This document shows, one piece after another, positions 37,701 to 51,052 of a stretch of 64,000 nt of DNA. How positions within the stretch are numbered: the stretch's first letter is position 1; every line of letters begins with the position of its first letter. The notes under the pieces are model-generated. The model searched no databases. It was not told where the DNA came from and worked only from the letters and a program-made list of their open reading frames with translations. Source of the stretch: Vicugna vicugna (taxonomy: Eukaryota); the NCBI GenBank assembly GCA_013265495.1, contig MU058418.1, positions 186,001-250,000 of the forward strand, given 5' to 3'. The translations under genes were made by a program, and so were the position numbers.

Positions 37701-38404
37701 GCCCTATCCCCCTCCCACAGACTAACACAGTTGGGCTGTCACTTTGGCCTAAGGAACAAAAGTCATCGTGGAGTAACTAAAAGTCATGCAACACTGGTGT
37801 GAGTGCTTGGATTGACATCTGTCACCTGTCTCCTCTTAATCAACCTATTTCCGTAGCTTAAACAGGGTTAAAAAAAAGGAGAGAGAGAGAAGAAATCTTA
37901 GTAATAATGCTCCAAAAGTAAATATGGTATTTGGCTACAGAGTCCAGGAAAAAGTAAAATATATACAAGGTTAGTGCTTCACACAGTTGTGAAGTGGCAA
38001 CCCGGCCTCCAGCCTCATCCTTTAGTCCTCAGCGGCTTAGATCTCTTCCTCAGGAGGCCTCGTGGGTCCCAGTCTGGGTTAGAAGCCCCGGCTCACACCT
38101 CACGGCACTTTATTCTCCCTCGGTAACAGGGGTTGTGATGGACTGGGTTATTGCCACTCCTGTTGCCTTCTGCAGGAAGTAGCTCAAGTGGCTCTTCCCT
38201 GCGGTGACTGTGACACATGCACTGGACACTCCAGTGGACTGGACTAGGGGCTGAGGCTTGAAATGCTGGTAGTCATTCAAGGCTGCCTGCGGACAATGCC
38301 AGACCTTCCTGGTGGCAGAATGCCAGCTGTGCTCAGTAGGACTCGGAAGTAGATGATGACAAACCCACATAACCAAATCTTCTCTTTTAAAGTATGTATG
38401 TGCA

Positions 38405-38700
38405 TGGAAAACAAACTTACAGTTACCAGTGGGGAAGAGAGGTGGGGAGGGATAAACTGGGAGTTTGGGATTTGTAGATACTAACTACTGCATATAAAAT
38501 AAACAACAAGGTCCTACTGTATAGCACAGGGAACTATATTTAATGCCTTGTAATGGCCTATAATGTAAAAGAATGTGAAAAGGAATATATATATATATAA
38601 AATATATATAAATGAATCACTATGCTGTACCCCAGAAATTAACACAACATTGTAAATCGAGTATACTTCAATAAAAACAAACAAACAAGATTAAAAAAAT
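38405..38700 (+). mobile_element. Cetartiodactyl-type L1 3' end
   Basis: gggagggataaactgggagtttgggatt...aacaacaaggtcctactgtatagcacagggaactata...aacacaacattgtaaatc...aataaaa. Confidence 0.88.
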
Positions 38701-38724
38701 AAAACATGTATATGTTAAGTGGCA

Positions 38725-39164
38725 TGTTTTCTTACCTAGGGCTGCCATCACAAAGTACCACAAACTGGATGGCTTAGAACATTAGAAATTTACTGTCTCA
38801 TGGTTCTAGAGGATAGAAATCCAAAGTCAAGATGTTGGCTGGGTTGGTTCTGTCTGGGGGCTGGGAGGGAGTCTCTGTTCTAGGCCTCTCACCTAGCTTT
38901 TGGTGGCTTCAGGCGTTCCTTGGCTCTGAAGTGGCATTCACCATGTGTCTTCACATGCTCTTCCTTCTGTATGTGTCTACATTTGCTGTGTCTACATTTC
39001 TCCTTTTTATAAGAACACCAATCACACTTGATTTGGGCCCACCCTAATTACCTCATCTTAACTTGATTATCTGCAAAGACTCATTTTCCAAATGGACACT
39101 CTTTCACAGGCAATGGGTGTGAGGACTTCGACATCATCTTGGGGATACAATCCAACTCATAACA
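38725..39164 (-). mobile_element. MLT1 (ERVL-MaLR) solo LTR
   Basis: ctagggctgccatcacaaagtaccacaaactggatggctta...gggcccaccctaat...ctgcaaagac...caactcataaca. Confidence 0.85.
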
Positions 39165-42100
39165 GGTGGGGAAAAAAAAGAAGTAAGCTCACTTTGATTC
39201 AGTCCTAACATCCCAGAAGCACTGGGTTCCAGAATGAATGCTCTGCTGACGAGATGGCTTCCTCTGCTATAGCACAACTCCAATGATTATTGCAAACATC
39301 TCTGTCACTACAGGAATTGCCCTCCCTTTTCTTTCTAAAGAATGTGCCTAATTTAATTTTGCTGCTCCTTGGGGACTGGGCCCTTGGCATTCATATTTCC
39401 ATTCCTCCAGCCGTACTGCTGTCCTGCAGAGAGCCGGTGGTGATAAATGCTCTTGCACCTGCTAGCTGTAGTGTGCAGGGCTTATGAAGTCGGACAGACC
39501 TGGACTAGACTCCAGGCTCCCACACGAACTAAGTGTGAGATTTTGGAAGCTGCTTAAGCTTTTAGGCTCCATTTCCTTTTTCATAGCATGGGGCAGCCCC
39601 ACCCTACAGAGGGGTTATAAACGAGGCAGGCAATTAGGTGTAGCACCGCAGAGCGACTGGCATAAGGTTAGTTCAATAAAGGATAGCTGTTATTTTTATT
39701 GGTTATAAATGAGGTGAGCAAACTGTGAAATAGCTAGCCCAGGCATGTAACAGGGTTTTGACAAAATATATTTCTAGTTTAGCACCAAAAGCACGAAAGT
39801 TCATGTGGCCAGCCAGAATGCCATCTGGAAGACACCTCTTTAAATTCAAACTCCACCCAGAAAGGAAAAAAGATAGCATGATGTAATTCTGAAATATATG
39901 ATGGTTCCCAAACCACAATTCTAAAGTCCATTCTCCTTACTGCTCCCAGAAGGACAGTGAATCCTGTTGCCTTTCTCCAGGACAGGCCTTGGTAGTCTGG
40001 TGCCACCAGAGCCCTGAGATAAATAACCAAGCCAGAGAGAAAATAAAGGTACCGCAGGCAAAATCTCTGTCCATACATTTGTGTGTATGAAATAACAATT
40101 TTTATAATTTACTTTCTATATCGAGCCCCATCCTTTTGGAGCCCACCGGGGCCTCTGCCCTCCAGGCATCTGCCCACATGGGTTCTTGGTGAGCCCTGCA
40201 GGCAGCAGCTCTGCCATGCCCAACCAGGGACATGGTCATCTCTTTGCAAGACTGCCTAGAGCAGGGATACGTGATGCAAATGCCTCCAGGCAGTGGGCAA
40301 GGAGAGTGCATGAGTGCAGCAGACGGGTTGCCTATTAGATACATAAGAACATCTTCACTTCTACAAAGAAATGTACTCGCTCCCCTGTTTCTTTCAACAC
40401 GAGCCATCTTTGGTCTAGCTTTTGTTTCTTCATTTATAGAAAAAATCTGGGGTAAAGAGGACCATCCTCTATCATCTGGAGAACAGCAGTACAAGTGTCA
40501 AGATGCATGGTGACTAACCACTGGCTTCAGTGTAGGGATGGAGCAGGGACGGGGAGGGACTCTGGCAAACTCCCTCATTTGTTCCTTATCTGAGGCGGAC
40601 AGCTTTGGTGCCGTAAAAGACTGAACATGGTGTGGCCAAATCTGCCAGTTATTCAAAAGAAGCCCCAACCTGGATCTTTATGTGAAATTGCCTAGATTTA
40701 TAATGTTGGGTGGCTGAAATTCACATGGCCAAACAGTCAGATGTGGCCACAGTCCACGGCTACATCTTGGGATGGTGGGGGGTGCGCAGTCCTACCTCCC
40801 AGCCATCCTGTCCATGCTCCTCCTGCTCCTGCTCAAGACACTTTGCCTATGGCTCAAATCTTCTCCCTGCTGGGGCTTAAGCTTTTAGAAACAAAAGCTT
40901 GAAAGCAGTTTCACCTTTCTGCTCCATCTCATCCCTTCGCCAAGATAATAAATCCAGATGGGACTATCTTCGTGGAAACAGGGAAGGGAAAGGAGGAAAT
41001 ACCAGGAGAATAAAAATATAGATTAATATCTCAAAGATATTATCCTGCCACACATACTCACTGAGCAAATCTGATCTGAGGTTATCTATAAAACAGTTCA
41101 GAATTTCTCCAAGCTGTGGACTCTAAGGAAGGAAGCACTAGGAAAATATTTTAGGAAGGAAATCCCAATTCAGCCAATTAATCAAAGACCCCATTTTTCA
41201 CAGTAAAAATATGTATCTGATACAGCATCTTCTTAATGATATAGTAAGACATAGTATTTCCTTTGGTTAGTATATAGTCCCTTGTTTTCTTGATTCTGTC
41301 ATGGGCAATGTCTAAATTCAATAATAAGTTTTTTGAAAAAATATGTAATATCTTGAAGGTTTATCCATTGAGTTAATAGTAAACACAATACTAGTCATTA
41401 CTGAGCTGTCATTGGTTTAAAGGACTAATGTTATTATTGAGCCATTATTGGTTTAAAGGACGAAAGTAATACAACCCTCCTGCTCTGGGAAGATGACAAA
41501 TTTGGGAGCAGAAGGTTCAGACTAAAATTACCTTTGTTTCATCATTTTCTTTGGTGGTGGGAGAGAGATGCTAGCCTCACTATGATACTGATTTGAGTGG
41601 TCGGGAATGGGGCAAGCATATGAGAAACACCAGATGAAAATCCTTCAAATAAATGAACTTATTACCCTCCTGACCTATATAATCAGCATGAAGCAAAGAG
41701 GAACAATTGCCCTTTGGAATCCAAATGTGTGAATTTGAGGGAGAAGTTACCAGAGGAATCCAGTAATCCACAGTACCTGCTTCTTCCCTCTGAATATTTT
41801 ACACTAGTAATTAGAGAAGTTTTCGGTAACTTTCCTCTAATAAAATTGAAACCATTTTTTAAAAAAAGGAAAGTATTAGTGTCAGCAGAAAATCTCTGGT
41901 GGTAGGGAGAAACGTAAGTTTTGGGACAAATATGGTGCTTATACTGTGATTCTCTGAGACACAAACATTTGTTATTTCCTGAATTCTCTTTCTAAAGATA
42001 CTGCAGTTTTCAAATGGTGTCTGTAAGAAAATATATTATACTCAGGTTGATATCCAATGATTTAATAACATTCAAATATTTAAAAATTAAGACACATGAA

Positions 42101-42464
42101 AGGTACAGCTTCTGTAGCCATGCAAATTCATGAGATACTTGATGCAATCCTCGCTTTCAGAAAGTAAACTTTGTACTTGTGGAAACTGCATTTATTCAGC
42201 CTTGACATTAGGAAAGTAAGCAAATTATTTCAGTGCCAAAGGGGTTTCTAATCTAGGCTGGAGTAAGTGAATGTGCTTTCCCAATGCCTACATGCCCAGA
42301 GAATTTTTGCAGTGACAGAATTTGGCTCATATCAGTTGTAGAGAGAGGTGGGGGAGACCATTTAGTACCTAAATATAGGGCTGAGCACCCATGCAGTTGG
42401 CAGGAAGAGATGAGACCTCTTTGGAAGATGGCCTGACTGGCTTTGATGTAACAAAGCTTTCAGA

Positions 42465-42960
42465 GTTAAACAAATATTTACTGAACACCTGCAACTGCAA
42501 AGCCTTGAGTCCTTTGGGGAATTAAGAAACAGATAAGCAAGGTCCCTGTCCTCACAAAGATGTCATTCTACCTGGGAAATCACTCATGAACCCTGAGAAC
42601 TGTGATATAAAGCAGAAGGCAGGATCAGAGGAGAAGCCCAGAGTTGGGTTGGGCCAGGAGCAAGAATAGATCAGGAGGGTTCTGTGGAGAAGGGGCTGCC
42701 CTGGGAGCACACAGGAAGGCTGGGTGGGATTCTGACCCACAAAGGCCAGGTGAAGGGCATTCTCAATGTGGAAAAGCGTAGGCAGTAGCTGAGGCAGGAA
42801 ACTGCAGGTCATATTTGGAAAACTATGAATAGTCCTCTTGAGTAAAACAGAGAGTGTTGAAATTAGAGGGTGGGTGGAAATAATAGGTAAAGTCAGAGTG
42901 ATAGGTGGTGGACATATTAAGGCCTTCACTGGTCTGTGCCACAAATCTTCCAAAATGTGA
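42465..42960 (-). mobile_element. L2 LINE 3' remnant (others at about 13495-13600, 31350-31450, 58230-58850, 59630-60030)
   Basis: aacaaatatttactgaacacct...gtccctgtcctcacaaag is a typical L2 3' end in reverse. Confidence 0.55.
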
Positions 42961-43656
42961 CATTCAGTTTGGTTTTTGACAATTTCATCGAAGACACATG
43001 TGACCTCTGGCAGCCACAAGGCAAGAAGACCCTGATCCCAAAACACTAGTGCTGATCTCTCAGATGGCCTCTCTCTGAGTGTTTCAGTGACCCAGCTGTA
43101 ACTCAGAAGTGGGAGGATGCCAGGAAGAGTGATGGGGACAGAGACTAAAGGTAACCAATGGACCACTGCCTTTTCTAGTGTTTTGCACCTCTATGCAGCT
43201 TCCAAGAAGCCCAGGGAGTGTGTTCAGGGGGTACGCCTAAAACCACTGGAGCAGGGTAACATGTGTGTACAGGAAAGGAAAAGCTGCCCCAACCACCACC
43301 ACTGGGTGGCACCAAATCACAGTTCAGTTGGGCATGAATTTGGATAGGGCAGCTGGACTCCCAGAATTCCTCACTTGCTAGCTCTAGACTGGTCATTTTT
43401 TGGTTAATTTTACAAAAAAAAGTGGCCTCACATTTCACATGACTGAATTCTTTGGATCTCACTTATCCAATTACCAGTATTTGAGGCAAGTGTTCTCTTA
43501 GTAGACTAGACCAAAGGAGACTAACTTAGACATTGCACTAATTGCTTTATAAACACAAGCTAATTTAATCCCTTCAACAACATATGAGGAATAATATGAA
43601 ATTACTATTTTTATAGGTAAAAAATTCTCAACTATTGACATTTTCACATAGTTCGG

Positions 43657-43801
43657 TTTTTTTAAATTAATTTTATTTTTTTGTAGGGGGAGGTAGTCAG
43701 GTTTATTTATGTATTTTTAGAGGAGGTACTAGGGATTGAACCCAGGACTTTGTGTATGTATGCTAAGCTTGTGCTTTACCACTTGAGCTACACCCTCCTC
43801 C
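43657..43801 (-). mobile_element. tRNA-Ala-derived camelid SINE
   Basis: ggaggtactagggattgaacccaggac...gagctacaccctcc with poly-T tail and short TSD atagttc. Confidence 0.88.
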
Positions 43802-43869
43802 TCAGATAGTTCAATCTAATAGCTATTATTAAACTATTTCTTGGGTGCTGAGTTCTATATATACTTCAC

Positions 43870-44830
43870 AGCTTGAGCTTATTAATGTATTATTCAAAAT
43901 TTCAACATGTGTATTTTAAGCCTGCCTGATCTATCAGTTTCTGAAAGATGGGGTTAAAATCTTTTAACTATGACTTGATTTATCCGTTTCTCCCTGTAAT
44001 TTTTTTCAGTTGTTCCTGTGTATATGTTGAGGCTGTATTGTTAGGTACATACATGTTTTTGATGGTTGTATCTTCTTGCTCTATTGTTCCTTTTATCAAC
44101 ATATAATACCCTTCTTTGTCCTTTTTTTTTTTGCCTTATAGTCTATATTGTCAGATACTAATATTCTTTCCCTTTTTTCTTTTTTTTTCCATCTTTTATT
44201 TTCAATCTTTCTGTGTCTTTTTGTTCTATGTTTTTCTTTTGGACAGCTTATTATTGGATCTTGCTTTATAACCCAATCTGAGATTGTTTTCTTAATTGGT
44301 GAATTTAATTAATTTATATTTATTAGAATTCATTCTAATTACTAATTTCTGCCATTTTATTCTATATTTTTCATTTACTACACATTTTAATTTTTCTATT
44401 TTCTGCCTTCTTTTCTTTTTTAATTGAGGTATAAATACGTGTAACATTAGTTTCAGGTGTGTAACATAGTGATGAGATATTTGTATGAGAAATGATCACA
44501 ATAAATCTAGTTAACATCCATCACCACACATAGTTTAAAAGTTATTTTTCTCTTTTGATGAGAACTTTTAGGATTTACTCTCTTAGCAACTTTCAAATAT
44601 GCAACACAGTATTATTAAGGTCACTGTTCTGTACATTTCATCCTCATGGTTTATTTATTGTGTAACTAGAGGTTTGTACTTTTTTCATCCATTCCTCTCC
44701 TCCCACCTCCAAACCATGCCACTGGCAACTTCCAATCTGTTCTCTGAATCTATGAGTTCAGTTTTTTTTTCAGCTTCCACATATAAGTAAGAGCGTACAG
44801 TATTTGTCTTTCTCCCCTTTCTGCTTTCTA
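43870..44830 (-). mobile_element. LINE-1 fragments (old L1M plus an L1MA-type 3' end at about 44410-44815)
   Basis: T-rich antisense L1 sequence: ttagtttcaggtgt...ttactctcttagcaactttcaaatat...cagtatttgtctttctc. Confidence 0.75.
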
Positions 44831-44984
44831 TTGGATAGGGCTTTTTTGCTTATTTTCTTGCTGGCTTAAATGTTGAGCATTCCAGTTTGCCTGGAATTTG
44901 TCTTACTTCAAAGCTCATGTTTTGTCTGTTGAACCACACCCAGAATTAGATGTCAGTGGAACTTTGGAAATTTGTCATCTACCC

Positions 44985-45157
44985 ACTGGATCTAAAACTG
45001 GTATGTGTCAAAATTACTTGGAAGCTTATGAGAAATGTTGACTCCTGGACTTCCCCTTCAGAGATTCTGGCTTAATAGGTCTGAGTAAAGTCCTGGTTCT
45101 ACTGCAGGCCCCTGATTTTGATGCAGGTGGTTCACAGACCACATTGTGGGAATACTG
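44985..45157. mobile_element. MER5-family element (related remnants at about 10000-10090 and 61462-61645)
   Basis: cagagattctggcttaataggtctg...tgattttgatgcaggtggttcacagaccaca. Confidence 0.6.
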
Positions 45158-47839
45158 TTCTCATCCAACCCCAGGGCTTTCCAAACAGTAAGCTTTACAC
45201 TTTAAATGTTGCTTTTTAAAGATACACTCCTGGATGGGTCCATCAGCTCACCTTTTCTCTAGACCTTTTCTCACCTTATATTGTCTTATATGTTAAAGGA
45301 ATTCTCTTGACCCACTTTACGTGTAATTTATATTCTTCTAATTCGAGTTTGCAGCCCATGGCTCCTTCACTTGCTTGCTTCATCATTATAAAAATATACT
45401 TCCTTTAACAGCATTTCTGGAACACCATCCTCTGTAATAGGTGCAGATAGGTGATTTGGGGCCACTTCACTAGTAAGCACAACTGTCTCCATCTCTACAA
45501 GAAAGCAAGACAAAGCTTGGGAAATTTGCCTAATATCACGTTCAGTGGAGAAGCTAGCATTTGAACCCAGATCTGTCTATTCTATTTGTTATATCCCACT
45601 GCCTTCAAAGAGACTCTGATCCCAGGAAGTCCACAGTATATTGAGTAAAGACACGAATAATTTCACTCTCTGGTCATCTTTGTATCCAAGACAGTGCTAT
45701 GCACATAGTAACACTTATTAAATGTCAGTGAAAAGAAAACATGAATTTATCTTGGCTTCTGACTTTTTTCTCTACTTACAGTTTCCAAGTCAGAGAAATC
45801 ACAATCTGGTAAAACAGAGAAGCAAAGAGGACTGTTTGGAAAGACAGAAATTTGGAGACAAGACAGAAAGAAGAGCTTGTGTCACACAGTGAGTTTCTTC
45901 CGCTAAATAGCCACTGTAACAGGTCATCAAAGTCCCATTATGTGAAAATGTTCATTATATTAACTGGAGCTACTTTCACTCTGCACTCTTGAATTTTTTT
46001 TCTAATTAATTCAGTAAAAGTCTTTAAGCAATACAAAAATGTAATATTAGTACTATTTTCTCCTTCCTGGACTCAGTTTTATAATGCTGATGTTGAACAT
46101 AATAGAGCAAGCAACTACATGTAATTGTAGAAATTACTGCTGTGAATTTGCATATGAAATACACACCTTTTACTGCCTCTAGTTGGCATTGTTAACTTGA
46201 TTATAAATAGTACAGCTGACACACTGCAAACAGAAAGCGCTTTTTGATGGGCACATGCTATGAATGGAAGAAGTGTTAGCACACAATGTTTAAGTTGGAA
46301 AGCTTTCATTAGAACTAGTCAAGGGGGAAAGTGATTTATATTCTAATCATAGCCTTGTCTAAGAATCCAATCATATAGAAAGATTACGGTAGAGCTGTCT
46401 AAAAACAGATATTTATGCTACTATTTGGGTAAACAAGTAATACATCCAGTGTATAAACATGTTTGAATAGTGTTGATGGGCACTTTTAAGAAAATTGAGC
46501 TGTTCCCTTTGGATTTAATAATCTCTCGCTGTGTATATGTGGTAAGGCAAAGGAGGCAAAAGGACTAAGGATAGGACATTGGAGAGTGCAGTTTGTATTC
46601 ATACACTCTTGAAGATAAAGCTCACACTAGGTCATTTTGCTGAAATCATCTCCTAGAATCTGAAATTTTAAAACTATCTGAAAAACTTTAACTGTTGAGA
46701 AAGAACAAAAAGATGCCATTCATTGTGACTGCATGACCATAAAAATTATAATTAATAGGGCAGTATTTTTGCTGGTGTTTTATATGGCTTGAGGGCAAAA
46801 ATTCAGTCCCTGTTACTGTGCAGGCTGTTTCAATCATTACAAGGTGTAGGTACAAAGTCTAGTGATGACTTTTGTAAATGACAAAAACATTTGCAGACAT
46901 CATTATATTTTTATGGGCTGTAATAATTTGGCTTTCAAAAGTTTGGGGGTTTTTGTTTTGTTTTGTTATGGCTGTAAAGCATCTATGACACAGAATTTTA
47001 ATGCTGCACTACTCAGCCAGATGACAGGAGAGGTGAGGGAGCTAGGGACAAAATTTTCTTCCTACACATTTGTTTTTACGCATTTATATTTGCCTGAGTG
47101 CCTTGGTACCATGGTGATAGCTTAGCAACCGCTAGACACAAATTAAGGTAATCTGTTATGCCAGCCTCTGATCATAAAAAGTTGGTAGGTAGGAAACTGG
47201 GAAGAAAAATATTATTCAGATGTTTAATCAAAAAAAAAAAAAAAAAAGACTTGCTCTCTCTATTACTTGCCCTCGTCCATCTCTTCATCTTCTTTCTTTC
47301 TATCTGAAGCTCTTTACAAAGAGATAAGAATCTTAAAAAAAAAAAAATCCCAAACAAACCCCAGTGTTTAAATTGATGAGATAAAACAAAATTTAAACCT
47401 GTCTTAAATAGGAAACAAAACAACACACCTTAACCTTTCTTAAATAGGATCTAATACTCACAACGGTGCATGGAAAATGTTTTGCAAAGACATTTCCAAA
47501 TGTTTTTTTCCCATACTAATGGACATTTGATTTCTATTGATGGCTATTAGAAGGACAAAGTTACATAAGATATAAATACCTTTAGACTAGCAGACTCGGA
47601 CAACATGATGGATACTGTCATTTTTAAAGTCAACATATTATATGGTATCTTTCATTATTTTCATTGTGATAATTTATACGTAAAACAGAGAAGGCAAAAT
47701 AATCTGAAAGGAAGAACATAACATTTGGAAAGCCAAGGGTAAATAAAATTATCTTGATTTTCAGGGCTATTAATTTTACTTCAAATATCCTTACATGGTA
47801 AAATATAGGTTAAAGCAAATAGTCATTAACTAGTTGTAC

Positions 47840-48057
47840 AGAGATGGCAAATAGACTGCAACTCATGTACTGGCTCTGATACAATAATAGTGGCTGCCTA
47901 CAGTGCTGTGTTAAGGAGGATTCTGAGGTTCTGTAGGAAAAGGGCTGTGAATGATGAGTGAATGCCTGTTAGAGCTGAGAGGGAGATGATAGGGTAAAAG
48001 ACTTGTTAAGTGGAGTGTGGGGTGTGGAAGGGAAGGAGGGTTAGCCCAAAGCACCCC
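47840..48057. mobile_element. MER102-like hAT element
   Basis: cagagatggcaaatag...tagtggctgcc...gctgtgttaaggaggattctgagg. Confidence 0.6.
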
Positions 48058-48065
48058 CAGACAGG

Positions 48066-48207
48066 TTTTTTTTTTAATTAAAAATCTTTTTTTGAGTGGG
48101 GAGGTAATCATTTAATTAATTAATTAAAATAGAGGTACAGGGAATTGAACTCAGGATCTCCCGCATACTAAGCATACATTCTACCACTGAGCTATACCCT
48201 CCCCCCT
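48066..48207 (-). mobile_element. tRNA-Ala-derived camelid SINE
   Basis: gaggtacagggaattgaactcagga...ctaccactgagctataccctcccccc with poly-T tail. Confidence 0.88.
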
Positions 48208-48279
48208 ACATACAGCTTTACATCTGTCTTACATTTTATATTATAATCCCTTAATGCAAATCTTACATTTAACTCCATT

Positions 48280-48331
48280 ATATATATATGTGTGTGTGTG
48301 TGTATGTACACACACACACACATATATATAT
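48280..48331. repeat. Compound (TA)/(TG)/(CA) microsatellite forming a perfect palindrome
   Basis: 25-bp arms 48280-48304 and 48307-48331 with a 2-nt spacer, checked base by base. Confidence 0.95.
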
Positions 48332-48909
48332 CTATAAAGAGAGAGAGAATGCTATAAAAGTTTGAAAACTCATTTGTAGTTAAATTACCTAACTTTAACT
48401 TTGTGAGGAAGAATATGTTCTTAGACAATGTGCATGTTCATTCTGTGGCTTCCATAGCACCTGACAGGCTGCTGAGTATCCTTGGGAGTCTCTGTACCCC
48501 ATTTAGTAATGCTTACACCTGAAAGACTGGTAGAAATAAAAAGGTTTAAATTTGTGCATGATAAAGTAAGACTCAGAGAAGTAAGGCAACCTGCTTACCA
48601 ATGGCAGAGCTGGGATTTGAAGACCCTAAAGCGCAATTTCTTAAAAAGACTCTGTTTATAGTCTTTCCAAGACAAGTACCAGGATTCCTTGGAATTCAGG
48701 GTTTGGTGCTAAATTACTGATCTGAAAAAGGACGTTGGGGGCTACAGAAGACCATATGGTAACTAGTAAGTTGGCAATTTCTGTATTGCTGTTAAAAAAA
48801 AGAAAAGCATCGTTTCCATTTGGGGTAATGGAAAAATTATGGAAATAGAGTGTACACTTAAAATGACACGTTATGCTATATATAATAACCACAATAAAAA
48901 AAGAAAATT

Positions 48910-50830
48910 ATGATTCACGGATTAGAATATTAATATTGTTAAGATGGCAATTATCCAAAATTAGCTATATACTCAATGCAATCTCAATAAAATCCCAGCA
49001 GGCTCTTTTGTAGATATTGACGAACTGATCCTAAAATTTTTATAGAAACGCAAAGGACCCAGAGTGGTCAAAACAATTTTGAAAAAGAACTATAAGTATA
49101 AACGGGGAAATCTAAATAAGATTGATGGAGTGTATCAATGTCAGCACTCTGGTTGTGATGTTGCACTGTAGTTTTATAAGATGTTACCATTGGGGAAAAA
49201 CTGTAGAGGGTATATAATCTACAATTATCTCAAAATAAAAAGTTAAAAAAAAATTAAGTTTGAGGACTCACTTGTCCCAATTTTAAAATTTAAAATAAAG
49301 CTATAGTAATCAAGGCAGTGTGGCACTGGTATAAGGACAGACATAAAGATTGATGGAACAAAACTGAGTCCAGAAACAAACCCTTATATTTAGGGTCAAC
49401 TGATTTTCTACAGAGTTGCCAAGACAACTCAAAGGAGGAAAGAACAGTCTTTTCAACAGATGGTTCTAGAACAACTGGATATCTACATAAAAAAAAATTC
49501 AGTCTAGTGATTCTCGATGGGGAAGATTTTGGCTTTCCAAAGGCAAGGAACATTTGGCAATGTCTGCCAACAATTTTAGGGGGCGAGGGTGAACTGGCAC
49601 TTAGTGGGTAGAGGCTAGGGAAGCTGCTAAACATCCAGCAGTGCACAGGGCAACTCCCACAACAAAGAATGATCCAGCCCAATGTGGTCATAGTGCTGAG
49701 GATGAGAAACCCTGATCTAAACTTTTATTCAATACTATTCACAAAAATTAACTAAAAATGGACCATTGACCTAAATGTAAGAGCTAAAGCTATAAGACTT
49801 TGAGAAAATAACCTTGGAGAAAATATTTGTGACTTTGGGTTAGACAAAGATATGACACCAAAAGCATGATCTATAGAAGAAAAAATTGATAAACTGGACT
49901 GCATCAAAATTAAAGGCTTCTGCACTTCAAAAGTCACCATTATGAAAATGAAGTTAAGCTATAGACTGGGAGCAAATATTTGCACATCCTATATCTGATA
50001 AAGGACTTATATCTAGAATACATGAAAATGCTTATAACTCAGAAATAAGACAAACAACACAATAAAGAAACAGGAAAAGATTTGAACAGATATTTTACCA
50101 AGGAAGATATATAAATGACCAGTATGCTCATAAGAAGATGCTTAATATCATTAGTCATCAGGGAAATGCAAATAAAAGTCACAATGAGATGCAATCTCAT
50201 TCTGCCAAGAGTTGGCAAGGATGTGAAGAAACTGGAACCCATTTACGTGTTGGAAATGTAAAATGATACAGCTACTTTGAAAAACAATTTGGCAATTTCT
50301 AAAAAGTTAAATTTACCATAAATTTTACTCCTGAGGGTCTACTCAAAGAGAAATGAAAACTTATGTCCATACAACGACTTGTACATACTCAGAACAGCAT
50401 TATTCATAGTAGGTAGAACGGCAGAAACAACCCAAATGCCAACCAACTGGTAAATGGATAAACAAATATATCTATACAATGGAATATTGTTTAGGAATAA
50501 AAAAGAACAAAATAATGATTAATTCTACAATATAAACCTCAAAAACATTACGCTAAGTGATAGAAACCAGATACAAAAGGCTAAGTATTGTATAATTCCA
50601 TTTAAGTAAAATGTCCAGAGAAGGTAAATCTACAGAGATAGAGAGTAGGCCTGCCTAGGACTGAGGGTGGGAGTAGGGGTTGACTGCAAATGGGCAAAAG
50701 GGATCTTTAAAACTGAATTGTGGTGATGCTTGCACAACTCTGTAAATTTACCAAAAGCCATTGAATTGTATACTTAAATTAGGTGAATTTTATGGTATGT
50801 AAATTATACTTCAATTAAGCTGCTTCTAGA
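48910..50830 (+). mobile_element. Old LINE-1 (L1M-type) ORF2 remnant and 3' UTR, interrupted by MER20
   Basis: taatattgttaagatggcaa, aagctatagtaatcaaggcagtgtggcactggtataagga, ccattgaattgtatacttaaa; no intact ORF. Confidence 0.9.
49505..49714 (+). mobile_element. MER20 (hAT-Charlie) DNA transposon
   Basis: acatttggcaatgtctg...tagtgggtagaggctagggaagctgctaaacatcc...acaacaaagaat...gagaaaccctg matches the recalled MER20 consensus. Confidence 0.88.
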
Positions 50831-50957
50831 AATGTAGTTAAAGCAATTTTAAATCTTCAAAAAAAAAAAAAAAGGAAAGAGAAGCATGGTACAGAACCGT
50901 ATAGAAAGGCAGCAATTAGGAAGCTCACAATAAACTGCTCATATTCCATGTACACGA

Positions 50958-51052
50958 GTTTTTTTGTTTTTTTTTAATTGCACGTACTGGGGATTGAACC
51001 CAGGACCTCGTGCATGCTAAGCATGCACTCTACCACTGAGCTATTTCCCTCC
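50958..51052 (-). mobile_element. tRNA-Ala-derived camelid SINE (short form, intact A and B boxes)
   Basis: Minus strand reads TAGCTCAGTGGTAGAGTGCATGCTTAGCATGCACGAGGTCCTGGGTTCAATCCCCAG followed by an A tail. Confidence 0.9.

Noticed and set aside
42552..43166. 204-aa ORF
   Set aside because: Largely overlaps an L2 remnant; no recognisable protein similarity or splice support.
49290..50242. ORFs of 62-133 aa on the minus strand
   Set aside because: Antisense readings of degenerate L1 and MER20 sequence.
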